Notes under the pieces: generated by a model
The model's input: the letters and a program-made list of their open reading frames with translations, nothing else
Databases searched by the model: none
Told to the model about the DNA's origin: nothing
Shown here: positions 11,225-21,459 of the stretch, piece by piece
Numbering within the stretch: the stretch's first letter is position 1
Layout of the letters: the number at the start of each line of letters is the position of its first letter
Origin: an uncultured Anaeromicropila sp.
GTDB lineage: Bacteria; Bacillota; Clostridia; Lachnospirales; Lachnospiraceae
Assembly: GCA_964409685.1 (NCBI GenBank)
Contig: CAYPEJ010000014.1
Coordinates: forward strand, 16,444-80,443
Direction of reading: 5' to 3'
Length of the DNA stretch: 64,000 nucleotides
Position numbers and translations under genes: made by a program

Positions 11225-11572
11225 ATGAGCAATATGAATTCAGTAAATGACCGTTCAAGAGATATTGGACCATTTGTTTCAGGTCCAGATGATGATATGC
11301 TTATTTGCCGTTGTGAAGAAGTGACAAAAGGAGAAATCAGAAAAGCAGTTCATGAAGGTATGTGGACAATAACAGAAATTAGAAGATATTTAAGAACAGG
11401 AATGGGGCTATGTCAGGGGCAAACCTGTAGCAAACTGGTAAAAGGAATTGTTGCAAAAGAACTTGGTATATCGCCTGCGGAATTGGAAGCAGCAACATCC
11501 AGAGTTCCAATGCGTCCGATTGAAATGCGTATTTTTGCAAATGAAGCAAAGGAGGGCGGAAACAATGAGTAA
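11225..11572 (+). CDS. BFD-like [2Fe-2S] subunit
   Basis: ICRCEEVT and GMGLCQGQTC. Confidence 0.85.
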   Translation: MSNMNSVNDRSRDIGPFVSGPDDDMLICRCEEVTKGEIRKAVHEGMWTITEIRRYLRTGMGLCQGQTCSKLVKGIVAKELGISPAELEAATSRVPMRPIEMRIFANEAKEGGNNE

Positions 11573-12695
11573 TAATGCTGAAGTTATAGTAATCGGTGGT
11601 GGCATCATTGGCTGTTCCATTAGTTATTATCTTGCAAAAAGGGGAGTAGATGTAATTTGTTTGGAAGGATCCGACCATTTTGGAAATGGAGGTTCTAGCC
11701 GAAATGGTGGTGGTGTTCGTCAATCAGGACGTGATCCAAGAGAACTGCCACTAGTAATGTATGGGATTGAAAATTTTTGGCCAACGCTCTCAGAAGAACT
11801 TGAAGTTGATTGTGAATATCATCAGGATGGAAATCTGCGACTTGGTAAGACAGAACAGCATAAGAATATTTTAACAGGTCTTACAGAACGGGCGGTAAAA
11901 GTTGGACTGGATGTAAAAATGATTGATGGAGATGAGGTGCGACGTATTAATCCATATTTGTCGGATGAAGTAACTTGTGCAAGTTGGTGTCCGACGGATG
12001 GACATGCAAATCCATTGACCACTACATTGGGGTACTATAAAACTGCTAGAAAATTAGGTGTTCATTTTATTTCGGGTGAAAAGGTAGTAGAATTGAAAAA
12101 AGTGAAAGGGAAGCTTGGAAAAGTTATCTGTGCCTCTGGAAATGAGTATGAGGGGGAAAATGTAGTTCTTGCAGCAGGATATGAAAGCAGGGAGATTGCG
12201 GCTACTGTAGGAATTGATATTCCTATGCAGAAGGCTATGCTGGAAGCTCTTGTAACAGAAGCGGAACCGCATATGTTTGACCAAATGTTGGGAACAGCAG
12301 AAGCAGATTTTTATGGACATCAGACAAAACACGGTTCGTTTGTATTTGGAGGTTCTTCTGGATTAGAAGGGTTTACAAAAGATAACGGAACGCCAGTTTG
12401 TTATTCTAAGACAGCTCCTTGTATATGTCGAGGAATCATGAAATATTTTCCGAATCTTGCAGATGCAAAAATTGTAAGAACCTGGGCAGGATGGATGGAC
12501 AAATGTGTTGATGGTGTTCCTGTGTTGGGAAAGGTATCAGAGGTTCCGGGGCTTATACTTGCCTGTGGATTTTCTGGACATGGATTTGGCATTGCACCAG
12601 GCGCAGCAGATCAGATTGCAGAGCTTATTACAACGGGAAACACAACAGTAGATTTATATGACTTGCGGTATGACCGATTTAAGGCTAAAATGTAA
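11565..12695 (+). CDS. DAO-family FAD oxidoreductase (sarcosine oxidase beta / proline dehydrogenase-like)
   Basis: IGGGIIG, GSSRNGG, GFSGHGFG; GGAGG RBS before ATG 11565. Confidence 0.88.
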   Translation: MSNNAEVIVIGGGIIGCSISYYLAKRGVDVICLEGSDHFGNGGSSRNGGGVRQSGRDPRELPLVMYGIENFWPTLSEELEVDCEYHQDGNLRLGKTEQHKNILTGLTERAVKVGLDVKMIDGDEVRRINPYLSDEVTCASWCPTDGHANPLTTTLGYYKTARKLGVHFISGEKVVELKKVKGKLGKVICASGNEYEGENVVLAAGYESREIAATVGIDIPMQKAMLEALVTEAEPHMFDQMLGTAEADFYGHQTKHGSFVFGGSSGLEGFTKDNGTPVCYSKTAPCICRGIMKYFPNLADAKIVRTWAGWMDKCVDGVPVLGKVSEVPGLILACGFSGHGFGIAPGAADQIAELITTGNTTVDLYDLRYDRFKAKM

Positions 12696-12759
12696 ATTGA
12701 GATTTCTTAATAACTGGACTTTTGTGCAGATGGCGAGTCTTGAATGTTTGGAATGAGGG

Positions 12760-13602
12760 ATGCGTATGATTTGGAAGAAGGATAAATTAAAACCAACACA
12801 GCCATATTTTGTATTTGATACAAAAGACTTTTATCAGGAAGTTTATTTGCAGCAGGGAATATCGCATTTTTATTCGTTTCATTTAGATGTAGATAAGCCA
12901 TTACGCATTGTGCCAGATGGATGTATTGATTTGTTTTTTGAATTTGGGCATGGTAAAATGCAGGGTTTTGTGTGTGGTACACGGTTGAATTATTGTTGTG
13001 AAGAATGGATTGGTAAAAATGAGGTTTTTGGGGTTCGCTTTATGCCGGGAGTCCAACCAGAATTTCTTAATGTTACAATGAAAGATTTGGTTCAAAAAAG
13101 AACTCAGATTGAAGATGTTTTAAAAGGGGAGAGCAAGTGGTTAGAGCTACTTGAGAAAGAGCAAGATTTCTATCAGCGAATCCGCATTTTCATAGAAGCT
13201 TATACAAAGGCAGAAAAGAAACGAGTGAAACCATATGGCAAGAAAGAACTGATTCTTTCCATTAAACAAATGGTATATGAGTCTGATGGTAAGATTAAAA
13301 TTGCAGAAATGCAGAAACAATCTGGATATTCTGAACGCTATATTAACAAGGTATTTATTGAGGAAATGGGATTTCCACCTAAGACGTTTTGTAAAATTAT
13401 CCAGTTTCAAAGAGCACTTGATTTTTTGAATTATGGTGCGCCAGATAAAATGACGGATGCTGCTGTTTTTTTAGGATATTATGATCAGTCGCAATTCATC
13501 CGTGATTTTACAAAATATGCAGGTATGACTCCGAAGAAATATCTAAAACTGGTAGAAACGGAAAAATATAAAACTAAAATACGAGAACGCAAAAGACTTT
13601 AA
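12760..13602 (+). CDS. AraC-family regulator
   Basis: VPDGCIDL N-terminal domain; GYYDQSQFIRDFTKYAGMTPKKY. Confidence 0.9.
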   Translation: MRMIWKKDKLKPTQPYFVFDTKDFYQEVYLQQGISHFYSFHLDVDKPLRIVPDGCIDLFFEFGHGKMQGFVCGTRLNYCCEEWIGKNEVFGVRFMPGVQPEFLNVTMKDLVQKRTQIEDVLKGESKWLELLEKEQDFYQRIRIFIEAYTKAEKKRVKPYGKKELILSIKQMVYESDGKIKIAEMQKQSGYSERYINKVFIEEMGFPPKTFCKIIQFQRALDFLNYGAPDKMTDAAVFLGYYDQSQFIRDFTKYAGMTPKKYLKLVETEKYKTKIRERKRL

Positions 13603-13740
13603 AGCAAAAAAGTTCTGATTTATACAATTTATCCATTTGGGTATATATTAAAATATGATTTAACATAGAAATAATGACAAAGGCGTCAGACAGATATTGT
13701 CTGGCGCTTTTTGCGTGATAAAAAAGTGAGGTGACGAAGC

Positions 13741-15135
13741 ATGAATAAAAAGAAATTAGGGTTGCCCAGTGTAATAGCAACAGGGCTGGGATTAATTGTT
13801 GCAACAAGCTGTCTTATGTCTTTAGGTCAGGGAGCAGGTGCAATTGGAGGCAGTTTTATTATAGCGATGATTATTGCATGCATTATTAATATTTTTACTG
13901 CATTGTCCATGGCAGAATTAAATGCTTTGATGCCAAATCTAACTGGTGGTCTGGCGCAATACACGTTAGCTTGCATGGGACCATTTGTTTCCATTGTTAC
14001 AATGGTTGGTGGCTATTTGGTTTGTAATGCAATTGCAGGAAGCGTTGAGTGTGCAATGTTTGGAAATGCCATTACATCCGTATTTCATATCAACATTCCA
14101 TCGAATGTTTTTTGTATTATTTTATTGATTATCTTGATAATCGCAAATTTAAACGGAATTGATATGTTTGCAAAAATTCAAGATTTTGTGGCATATGGAT
14201 TGATTATTTCACTTGTTCTTATGGGGGTTATTGGAATCTTTGGAGTGGGAACGGGAATAAAGGTTTCGCAGTCCTTCTCATTAAGTAATAATCCAAAGGA
14301 CATTTTTTCTTTAATTGGATTGGCATTTTTCTTATTTTTAGGATGTGAGTATATTATTCCAGTGGCAAAAGATGTAAAAAATGCAAAGAAAAATATACCC
14401 ATTGGAATGGTATTGAGCTTGATTATCGTTTGTGTCATGCAGATTATTGTGGTTTTAGGGATGTATAACTATACGGAATGGGGAGAACTGGCATGCAGTA
14501 ATTCACCACATATTTTCTACGGAACGTCCCTGCTTGGTTCAGTTGGTACATTATGGATGATTTTAGTATCTGTTTTTGCAGTTGTCAGTACCGTTAATTC
14601 TGTTATTAGTTCTTTGGCATATATTTGTGCCGGAATGGCAAAAATCAATTTATTGCCGTCCGTATTACAAAAAAGAAATAAAAAAGGTGCTCCTTATGTG
14701 GGTATTCTGCTTATTGGCGGGTTTATGATAATAGTAAATGTAACTGGATTGGCTTCATCAGATCAATTATCGTTCATGATTTTAGTTGGTTGTGTATTTT
14801 GGATGATTGCCTATATTGTATCCAATCTGAATGTACTGATCTTAAGAAAAAGACTACCGAAGGCACCAAGGAATTTTAAAGTTCCATTTGGTCCGGTCAT
14901 TCCTATATTGGGGATTCTGGGGAATCTTTTTATGATTTGGAATATAGACGGAGATATGAGTACCAAGTTGACAATTTATAAAATAGACGGAACTATTTTT
15001 GTGATTCTTGCTATCTATTCCTACATATGGATAAAGAAAGTGATGAAAAGAAAGCTGTTTGAACCAGTTCCGATGGAAGTGGTTATGGCAATGGAAAGTG
15101 ATCTATATATGCTGACACATAAGCAAGTAAAATAA
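13741..15135 (+). CDS. APC-family amino acid/amine permease
   Basis: About 12 hydrophobic segments; AELNALMP..GG, FLGCE, PRNFKVP. Confidence 0.9.
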   Translation: MNKKKLGLPSVIATGLGLIVATSCLMSLGQGAGAIGGSFIIAMIIACIINIFTALSMAELNALMPNLTGGLAQYTLACMGPFVSIVTMVGGYLVCNAIAGSVECAMFGNAITSVFHINIPSNVFCIILLIILIIANLNGIDMFAKIQDFVAYGLIISLVLMGVIGIFGVGTGIKVSQSFSLSNNPKDIFSLIGLAFFLFLGCEYIIPVAKDVKNAKKNIPIGMVLSLIIVCVMQIIVVLGMYNYTEWGELACSNSPHIFYGTSLLGSVGTLWMILVSVFAVVSTVNSVISSLAYICAGMAKINLLPSVLQKRNKKGAPYVGILLIGGFMIIVNVTGLASSDQLSFMILVGCVFWMIAYIVSNLNVLILRKRLPKAPRNFKVPFGPVIPILGILGNLFMIWNIDGDMSTKLTIYKIDGTIFVILAIYSYIWIKKVMKRKLFEPVPMEVVMAMESDLYMLTHKQVK

Positions 15136-15157
15136 TTTTAGAAAAGAGGTAAGTGTC

Positions 15158-16294
15158 ATGAATTATCCCAAGGTTGATTTTTTATATTTAAATGAAGACG
15201 ACATGATTGCAGCCGGTGTCGAGGATATGAAGGGCTGTGTTGAAGCAATGGAGGAAATGTTTAAGCTAATGAAAGTAGGGGATTACCGTATGGGTGGAGC
15301 GAATGGAAATTCCCATGGAAGTATGGTGATGTTTCCAGAATCATCCCCGTTTCCAGAAATGCCAGTAGATGGTCCAGATCGAAGATTTATGGCGATGCCT
15401 GCGTATCTTGGTGGAAAATTTGATATGGCAGGAATGAAGTGGTATGGATCCAATATTGAAAACAGGGAAAAGGGATTACCAAGATCTATCTTAATGCTGA
15501 TCTTAAATGATAAAGATACTGGAGCCCCACTTGCTTTTATGTCAGCAAATATTTTATCTGCTTATAGAACAGGAGCTGTTCCTGGAGTTGGATTTAAATA
15601 TTTTGCAAAAGAGGATGCCACAACAATTGGAATTATAGGACCCGGTGTAATGAGTAAAACAGCACTTGCGGCAGCTATGGTAGTCAGACCATCATTGAAA
15701 AAAGTGAAGGTGAAGGGACGGGGAAAAGCCTCTTTGGATAAGTTTATCGAATATGTGAAGGAGGAGTACCCAGGTGTGGAGGTGATTGCGGTTGATACAA
15801 TAGAGGAGGCTGTAAGAGATTCGGATATTGTTTCGGTGTCTACTTCTACTCCGACTGGAGACCCTTCTTTATACCCATACATTGCAGAAGAGTGGATAAA
15901 GCCAGGTGCAATCATTGAATCGACAGCAGCACTTCGATTTGATGATGATTTCCTGATTCATCGAGCAAGAACAGTAACAGATAATATCATGCTTTATGAA
16001 GCGTGGGAAGAGGAGATGAAGCCAAATGCTTATTACACCATTCCGATTCCAGCTGTTAAAGTAGAAGATTTAATTGCGGAAGGAAAGATGAGTTCGGATC
16101 AGATTGATGATTTAGGCGACGTACTTCTTGGTAAAATACCAGTTCATAGAAAAGAGGACGAAATCGTCATTTATTCTGTCGGAGGTATGCCAACAGAAGA
16201 TGTTGCATGGGGAACAATGGTTTATCGGAATGCTTTGGAAAATGGTATTGGAACAAAGCTGAACCTTTGGGAGTCTCCAAAGATGATGGTATAG
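15158..16294 (+). CDS. Ornithine cyclodeaminase/mu-crystallin family protein (TynB-like)
   Basis: MAMPAYLGG, KWYGSN..NREKGLPRS, SAYRTGA, GGMPTEDVAW. Confidence 0.88.
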   Translation: MNYPKVDFLYLNEDDMIAAGVEDMKGCVEAMEEMFKLMKVGDYRMGGANGNSHGSMVMFPESSPFPEMPVDGPDRRFMAMPAYLGGKFDMAGMKWYGSNIENREKGLPRSILMLILNDKDTGAPLAFMSANILSAYRTGAVPGVGFKYFAKEDATTIGIIGPGVMSKTALAAAMVVRPSLKKVKVKGRGKASLDKFIEYVKEEYPGVEVIAVDTIEEAVRDSDIVSVSTSTPTGDPSLYPYIAEEWIKPGAIIESTAALRFDDDFLIHRARTVTDNIMLYEAWEEEMKPNAYYTIPIPAVKVEDLIAEGKMSSDQIDDLGDVLLGKIPVHRKEDEIVIYSVGGMPTEDVAWGTMVYRNALENGIGTKLNLWESPKMMV

Positions 16295-16557
16295 AACTAA
16301 TAAAATTATAAAATCGTTTGTATAATTTTTTACATATCCTTCCATGATGCCGTTTTCCTCTTAGTGTCAATGTGTGTCGGTTTCTGTATTGTAACAAAAC
16401 GAATGTGGGGTATCATCAATTCATAGGATTGGTGGTATCTCTTTTTGCGTTGGTAATAATATATAGGTTATTGTAATTGTAAATGATATTGTGTGAGATT
16501 TACGGAATAATATGATATATTAGATGTTAATAGAAAATAAGAATAGGATGATAAAAT

Positions 16558-17094
16558 ATGTACTTAATAAAGACGGTTAAAGGTGATATTACAAAAATTC
16601 AAGATGTTCAAGCAATTGTAAATGCAGCCAATACATCATTGCTTGGTGGCGGTGGAGTTGATGGAGCAATTCATCGTGCTGCTGGTCCAGAATTACTTGA
16701 AGAGTGCAGAACTCTACATGGATGTGAAACTGGAAAGGCAAAGATAACTAAGGCATACAATTTACCCTGCGATTATGTAATACATACAGTTGGACCGATT
16801 TGGAATAATGGTAAGAACAAGGAAGAAGAACTTCTTGCTAGCTGTTATTACAATTCGATGCAAGTAGCATTAGAAAATGGGATTCGAACCATTGCATTTC
16901 CATCAATATCCACTGGAGTCTATCATTTTCCAGTTGAGCTGGCTGCAAAAATAGCGGTTCAAACTGTTGAACGATTTTTGAATGAGAATGAAAATAGTTT
17001 TGATTTGGTAGAATGGGTACTTTTTGATGATAATACAGAAAAAGTCTATGAAAAAGAAGTAGAAGAAGTACGCTTCAATAATATGATTATTTAA
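16558..17094 (+). CDS. Macrodomain O-acetyl-ADP-ribose deacetylase (YmdB-like)
   Basis: [28 protein letters not shown]. Confidence 0.92.
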   Translation: MYLIKTVKGDITKIQDVQAIVNAANTSLLGGGGVDGAIHRAAGPELLEECRTLHGCETGKAKITKAYNLPCDYVIHTVGPIWNNGKNKEEELLASCYYNSMQVALENGIRTIAFPSISTGVYHFPVELAAKIAVQTVERFLNENENSFDLVEWVLFDDNTEKVYEKEVEEVRFNNMII

Positions 17095-17107
17095 TGTCAA
17101 ATAGGTA

Positions 17108-17138
17108 TTGACTCTGACGTTGCGTAATAGTTTATGAT
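17108..17138 (+). promoter_or_regulatory. MerR-type promoter/operator
   Basis: TTGACT-19 bp-TATGAT with imperfect dyad TGACGTTGCGTAA in the spacer. Confidence 0.7.
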
Positions 17139-17375
17139 ATGATTACCACAGGGAAAGAAGTGAGCACAATGATGACAGTACATGAAGTCAGCAAAATATC
17201 GGGAGTAACTATACGTGCTCTTCATCACTACGATAATATTGGGCTTCTGCCAGCCACAGAAGTTACAAACGCAGGATACCGCTTGTACGACGATACAGCA
17301 TTAGAGCGGTTGCAACATATTTTGCTGTTTAAGGAACTGGAGTTTTCACTGAAAGAGATTAAGGATATTTATTAA
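17139..17375 (+). pseudogene. Truncated MerR-family regulator
   Basis: TIRALHHYDNIGLL..GYRLY HTH; stops before any effector domain. Confidence 0.8.
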
Positions 17376-17429
17376 TTACAATTTTATGATTACGTTAATA
17401 TCGACCATCAGCTACAAAGGACATCGGAT

Positions 17430-17933
17430 ATGCGATATATAATAGAAACCACAAAGACGGATGCCAGAACAAGGAAACTTCCAATCACGGAGGATGTGGC
17501 ACAGATGTTTCAGGCGATCATTGAGGATAGAGTACCACCAAAGGTTGAGAAGGATATTGATGGGGATAGCGGATTCCTTCTCTACGATGAAAATAATATG
17601 CCACTTGTGGCAATGCACTGGCAGCACCGATTCAATCACATGGTCGGTAGGTACAATGATATTTACCAAGTACAGATGCCGAATATCACACCTCATGTAT
17701 GTAGGCATACCTATTGCTCTAATATGGAAAAATCGGGAATGAATCCAAAGACACTGCAGTACCTCATGGGATATTCGGATATATCGGTTACAATGAATGT
17801 GTACACACATATCAGTTTTGATGATGCTAAGGAAGAAGTGAAATGAATGGAAGAGTTCAGAAAGGCACAGGCAGAGATAGAAAAGCAGAAAGGCGAAAAG
17901 CCGGTGACACTGAAGATGTTTAAGGCAATTTAA
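17430..17933 (+). pseudogene. C-terminal remnant of Tn916-like tyrosine integrase
   Basis: TPHVCRHTYCS..LQYLMG...TMNVYTH; in-frame TGA at 17844 interrupts the tail, which continues to TAA 17933. Confidence 0.85.
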
Positions 17934-18031
17934 TATGGAAGATGAATGACGCTCTGGCTTAGGCTAGGGTGTTATTCTTATGGAAAAAATATGTGATGGT
18001 ATTATAATGCAAAAAAGTATAGGTAGGTGTT

Positions 18032-19493
18032 TTGATGAAGAAAGATGAAGTTATTATTAATATTAATAGAATAGAGAAGAAATTAGGAACTTTAGTTGAA
18101 CAAAAATTGAAATTTACAAACGCATCAAGAGAACAATATGTATTGGTAGCAATTGTAAATGACTGCATAGATTTGATGAAAGATGTACAACGTAATCTAT
18201 ATGCATTTGATGTTGCATATAAAAATAGGAACAATACTATATCATTCAATCCTAATTATTACTTTGAAAATATCATTTTACAAGATGATATGATATGGGA
18301 ACGAGTGATTTTTCTTGTTGGAGTAATCGACCAATTGGATGTGAGTATCATATTTAAAAGAAAATCTATAGCACCATTGTATGATTTGATAAAGAGGCAT
18401 CGTACAAACACCGATGTTATACTTGGCGATTTGAAGATGATAAAAGGAAATTATAATAGTAAAAGAATTAAGTGGAAACGAAATGACAATGAACATTTTA
18501 TTTCTACATTTAAATAATCAAGATATTAATGAAGATATGGAAGATTTATTTGTTATAGGTAATAATCAAATAAGAATGAATATGGATAAGTGGTCAGATG
18601 TTACAGATAGACTTAATGAATTATCCATGGAGGAATTGAATGGATGGATTCCTGCGATAAAAGAGAAACAGGCTGTTTATGAGCGACTAGTTGAGAACAT
18701 AATTACTGAGTTATACAACAAAAATTCGGAATGTCATTTTAATTGTTCGGAAAAATTAATGTGTGAAACAGTGGTTTGCAATCGGAATTATATAAATGAA
18801 GCGATACAGTTAGAGTGTAAATACGAGAAATTACGAGAAGAATATAGAGACGTAATAAATGGAATAAATGAGTTTTGTTTGGATATAGGAGATGAGGGGA
18901 GTTTTGTTAGAAATACGATTCTAATAGATGCGGTTTTTCGTGCAAAAGAAATGATAAGATCTATCAACTTGTATTTTGTTTGTATTAACTACAAAATGGA
19001 TAAAACAATGATGTTCGAATTTTCAGAGGAAGTTTTTTTGAAATATCTTAATAATGAAGTAATAACGGAAGAATGCTATTGTTTTCATGCAGTTATGAAA
19101 ACATATTCAGTGTGTGAAAAGGTAGCCAAGTTTATATTATGCAAATATGATTTTAAACATGAATATACATCGCTAGAAAACTTCAAAAATATGTATATCG
19201 AAGATATAATTAATATAATAGAAGAAAAACAAATAAATTCAAAATGTATACTAGAGTTTAAGAAAATAATGGAGGGACAGATATATTCACATTATAAAAA
19301 AATTCGTCATTTGGAATATCATTGTCTTAGACAAGAGTTTCAAGCGAGTGGAAGAAGTGTTGAGATAAAAATAGGGAAAATGTATGAAGTGTTTATGCTG
19401 TTAGGTCAGCTTTATGAATTATTAAAAATACTTGTGGATGAGGAAAAAGAAGTACTTGTAAAACGCATTGAAAAAAGGGGAGGACTTATTTAG
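18032..19493 (+). pseudogene. Frameshifted double-HEPN (Cthe_2314-like) protein
   Basis: Overlapping ORFs 18032-18517 and 18483-19493, each with an Rx4H motif (RNDNEH; RHLEYH). Confidence 0.55.
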
Positions 19494-19903
19494 TAGTAGG
19501 AACATCCCTTTTACGTTAACGGAGTACATATAGATAGTGAATCCCCAAGAGTTATTGTTAATGAGGTAATACCAAGAGACTACTACACTTAAGAATTAAA
19601 TTTACGGCACTTTGTAGCAATACCCGGTGATTTTACTTGTGTCTTAAAAAATAAGAAATGGATGGAGGAATACTGAAGTGGGAAAGGGAAAAACAATACA
19701 TGGTCAGTGTGTCTTGTGCAGATTGAATAAGGAACTTCAACTTAGCCATATTGTTCCTCATTTTGTGGGGCGTAAAATTGTGAGCCAACTTTTGATAAAG
19801 GAATCTTAATGACAATGCTAAGAGCGGAGAATATCATGAGAGATTACCTTTTGGGTAAGAGACAAGATGTTTCAGATATTCAGAATCATATTTTTTTCTT
19901 AAG

Positions 19904-19965
19904 GATATATTTCCGTAACAGTCCATGTTGAGAGTGTGGTTCTGTTGACTAAAACACATAATTAA
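19904..19965 (+). mobile_element. rlmD/rumA 3'-end remnant (att-like site)
   Basis: Reads DIFP, frameshift, then TVHVESVVLLTKTHN-stop, like the DMFPxTxHVExV end of RlmD; no upstream gene body. Confidence 0.7.
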
Positions 19966-20115
19966 TAGTGTGAAAATGCTTGAAATATAAGGATTTTCCG
20001 AGGATTTGGACATAAACCCAGCCCTTGGGATTTTTTTGCCACCTTTTTAGAGATGGACAATGGTGAATTTTGGAAAAATATAGAACAAAATGAAATTGTA
20101 AATTTTTATGACTCC

Positions 20116-20145
20116 TTGAAAATTATAGCGCAGTGCGCTATAATT
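20116..20145 (+). promoter_or_regulatory. Methyltransferase promoter with palindrome holding two GCGC sites
   Basis: TTGAAA-17 bp-TATAAT; AATTATAGCGC-AGT-GCGCTATAATT at 20121-20145. Confidence 0.85.
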
Positions 20146-20173
20146 GAGAAAACAAATACAAGGAGTTGCTAAG

Positions 20174-21160
20174 ATGATTTCAATAGAAAAGAAGCTATTA
20201 AAAGATTACACATTTATTGATTTATTTGCTGGATTAGGTGGGTTCAGAATTGCATTAGAATCATTAGGTGCAAAATGTGTTTATTCAAACGAATGGGATG
20301 TTCCAGTTCAAAAGGTATATGCAGAAAACTTCGGAGATACGCCCGAAGGAGATATTACACAAGTTGATGAAAATACAATTCCTGACCATGACATTCTTTG
20401 TGCCGGATTCCCTTGCCAGGCATTTTCGATAAGTGGAAAGCAACGTGGTTTTGAAGATAGCAGAGGAACTTTATTTTTTGATGTTGCAAGAATTGTAAAA
20501 GCAAAGAAACCGAAGGTTGTCTTTATGGAGAATGTCAAGAACTTCGCCACACATGATGATGGTAAAACCTTAGAAGTTGTAAAAGGCACTATGGAGGAAT
20601 TAGGTTATACCTTCTATCAGAAAGTGTTGAATGCTGTTGATTATGGTGTTCCTCAAAAACGTGAAAGAATTTACATGGTATGCTTTAGAAATGACTTGGA
20701 AATAAACAATTTTAAATACCCAAAGCCGTTTGAATTGACTCGTCACGTAGAAGATTTTCTTCTTGATGATGAAGAAATGGTAAAGAATTTATATGTTGAT
20801 AGACCAGATACTTATTACAATGGAGTGGAAGATAATCAATATAGCAATAAGTCCATCCGATTAGGTATTATTAACAAAGGTGGACAGGGTGAAAGAATTT
20901 ATAGTACAAAAGGAATAGCAATTACGCTTTCTGCCTATGGTGGAGGAGTTTTTGCAAAGACTGGTGGCTACTTAATCAACGGAAAAACAAGAAAGTTACA
21001 TCCTCGTGAATGTGCTAGAATTATGGGTTATCCAGATTCATATAAAATCTGTAAGAGCACAAATCAAGCTTATAAGCAGTTTGGAAATTCGGTAGTAATT
21101 GATGTGCTGCAGTTTATTGCAGTAGGAATAGGAACAGTGTTGGAGGATAAAGAAAGATGA
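20174..21160 (+). CDS. C5-cytosine DNA methyltransferase, M.HhaI-like (likely GCGC)
   Basis: FAGLGG, GFPCQAFS, ENV, QKRER; TRD GGQGERIYST.GIAITLSAYGGG matches recalled M.HhaI. Confidence 0.93.
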   Translation: MISIEKKLLKDYTFIDLFAGLGGFRIALESLGAKCVYSNEWDVPVQKVYAENFGDTPEGDITQVDENTIPDHDILCAGFPCQAFSISGKQRGFEDSRGTLFFDVARIVKAKKPKVVFMENVKNFATHDDGKTLEVVKGTMEELGYTFYQKVLNAVDYGVPQKRERIYMVCFRNDLEINNFKYPKPFELTRHVEDFLLDDEEMVKNLYVDRPDTYYNGVEDNQYSNKSIRLGIINKGGQGERIYSTKGIAITLSAYGGGVFAKTGGYLINGKTRKLHPRECARIMGYPDSYKICKSTNQAYKQFGNSVVIDVLQFIAVGIGTVLEDKER

Positions 21161-21459
21161 ATGAAGTTGAATTTAGAAATTGGCTTATAAATAAAGGCGT
21201 GAAAACAAAGGTGGCTGGGGATACCATATCACGATTAAAGAGAATTGAAAGAGAAATTGAAAACTGCGATATTGATGAACAATACCGCAGTGATAAATGT
21301 GAATACTTATTAAGACTGTTCTTGGATATGGGTAATAATGATGAAATGAAAAAATATCCTAATGCTAAACTTCCGATAGGAAAGTATTACATGAGTACAT
21401 ACCGTCATGCCCTCAAACAGTATATTCAGTTTTCAGAGAAAGTTACTTCAAACAATTAA
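21157..21459 (+). CDS. Hypothetical protein coupled to the methyltransferase
   Basis: ATGA overlap with MTase stop; GGAGG RBS; 100 aa. Confidence 0.7.
   Translation: MNEVEFRNWLINKGVKTKVAGDTISRLKRIEREIENCDIDEQYRSDKCEYLLRLFLDMGNNDEMKKYPNAKLPIGKYYMSTYRHALKQYIQFSEKVTSNN

Noticed and set aside
9298-12695. Hydrogen cyanide synthase (hcnABC)
   Set aside because: The same domain set occurs in proline, opine and sarcosine dehydrogenases; permease and cyclodeaminase-family neighbours favour catabolism
16558-17094. Macrodomain as DarG-type antitoxin or Thoeris component
   Set aside because: Stand-alone YmdB-like sequence with no DarT, TIR or sirtuin partner nearby
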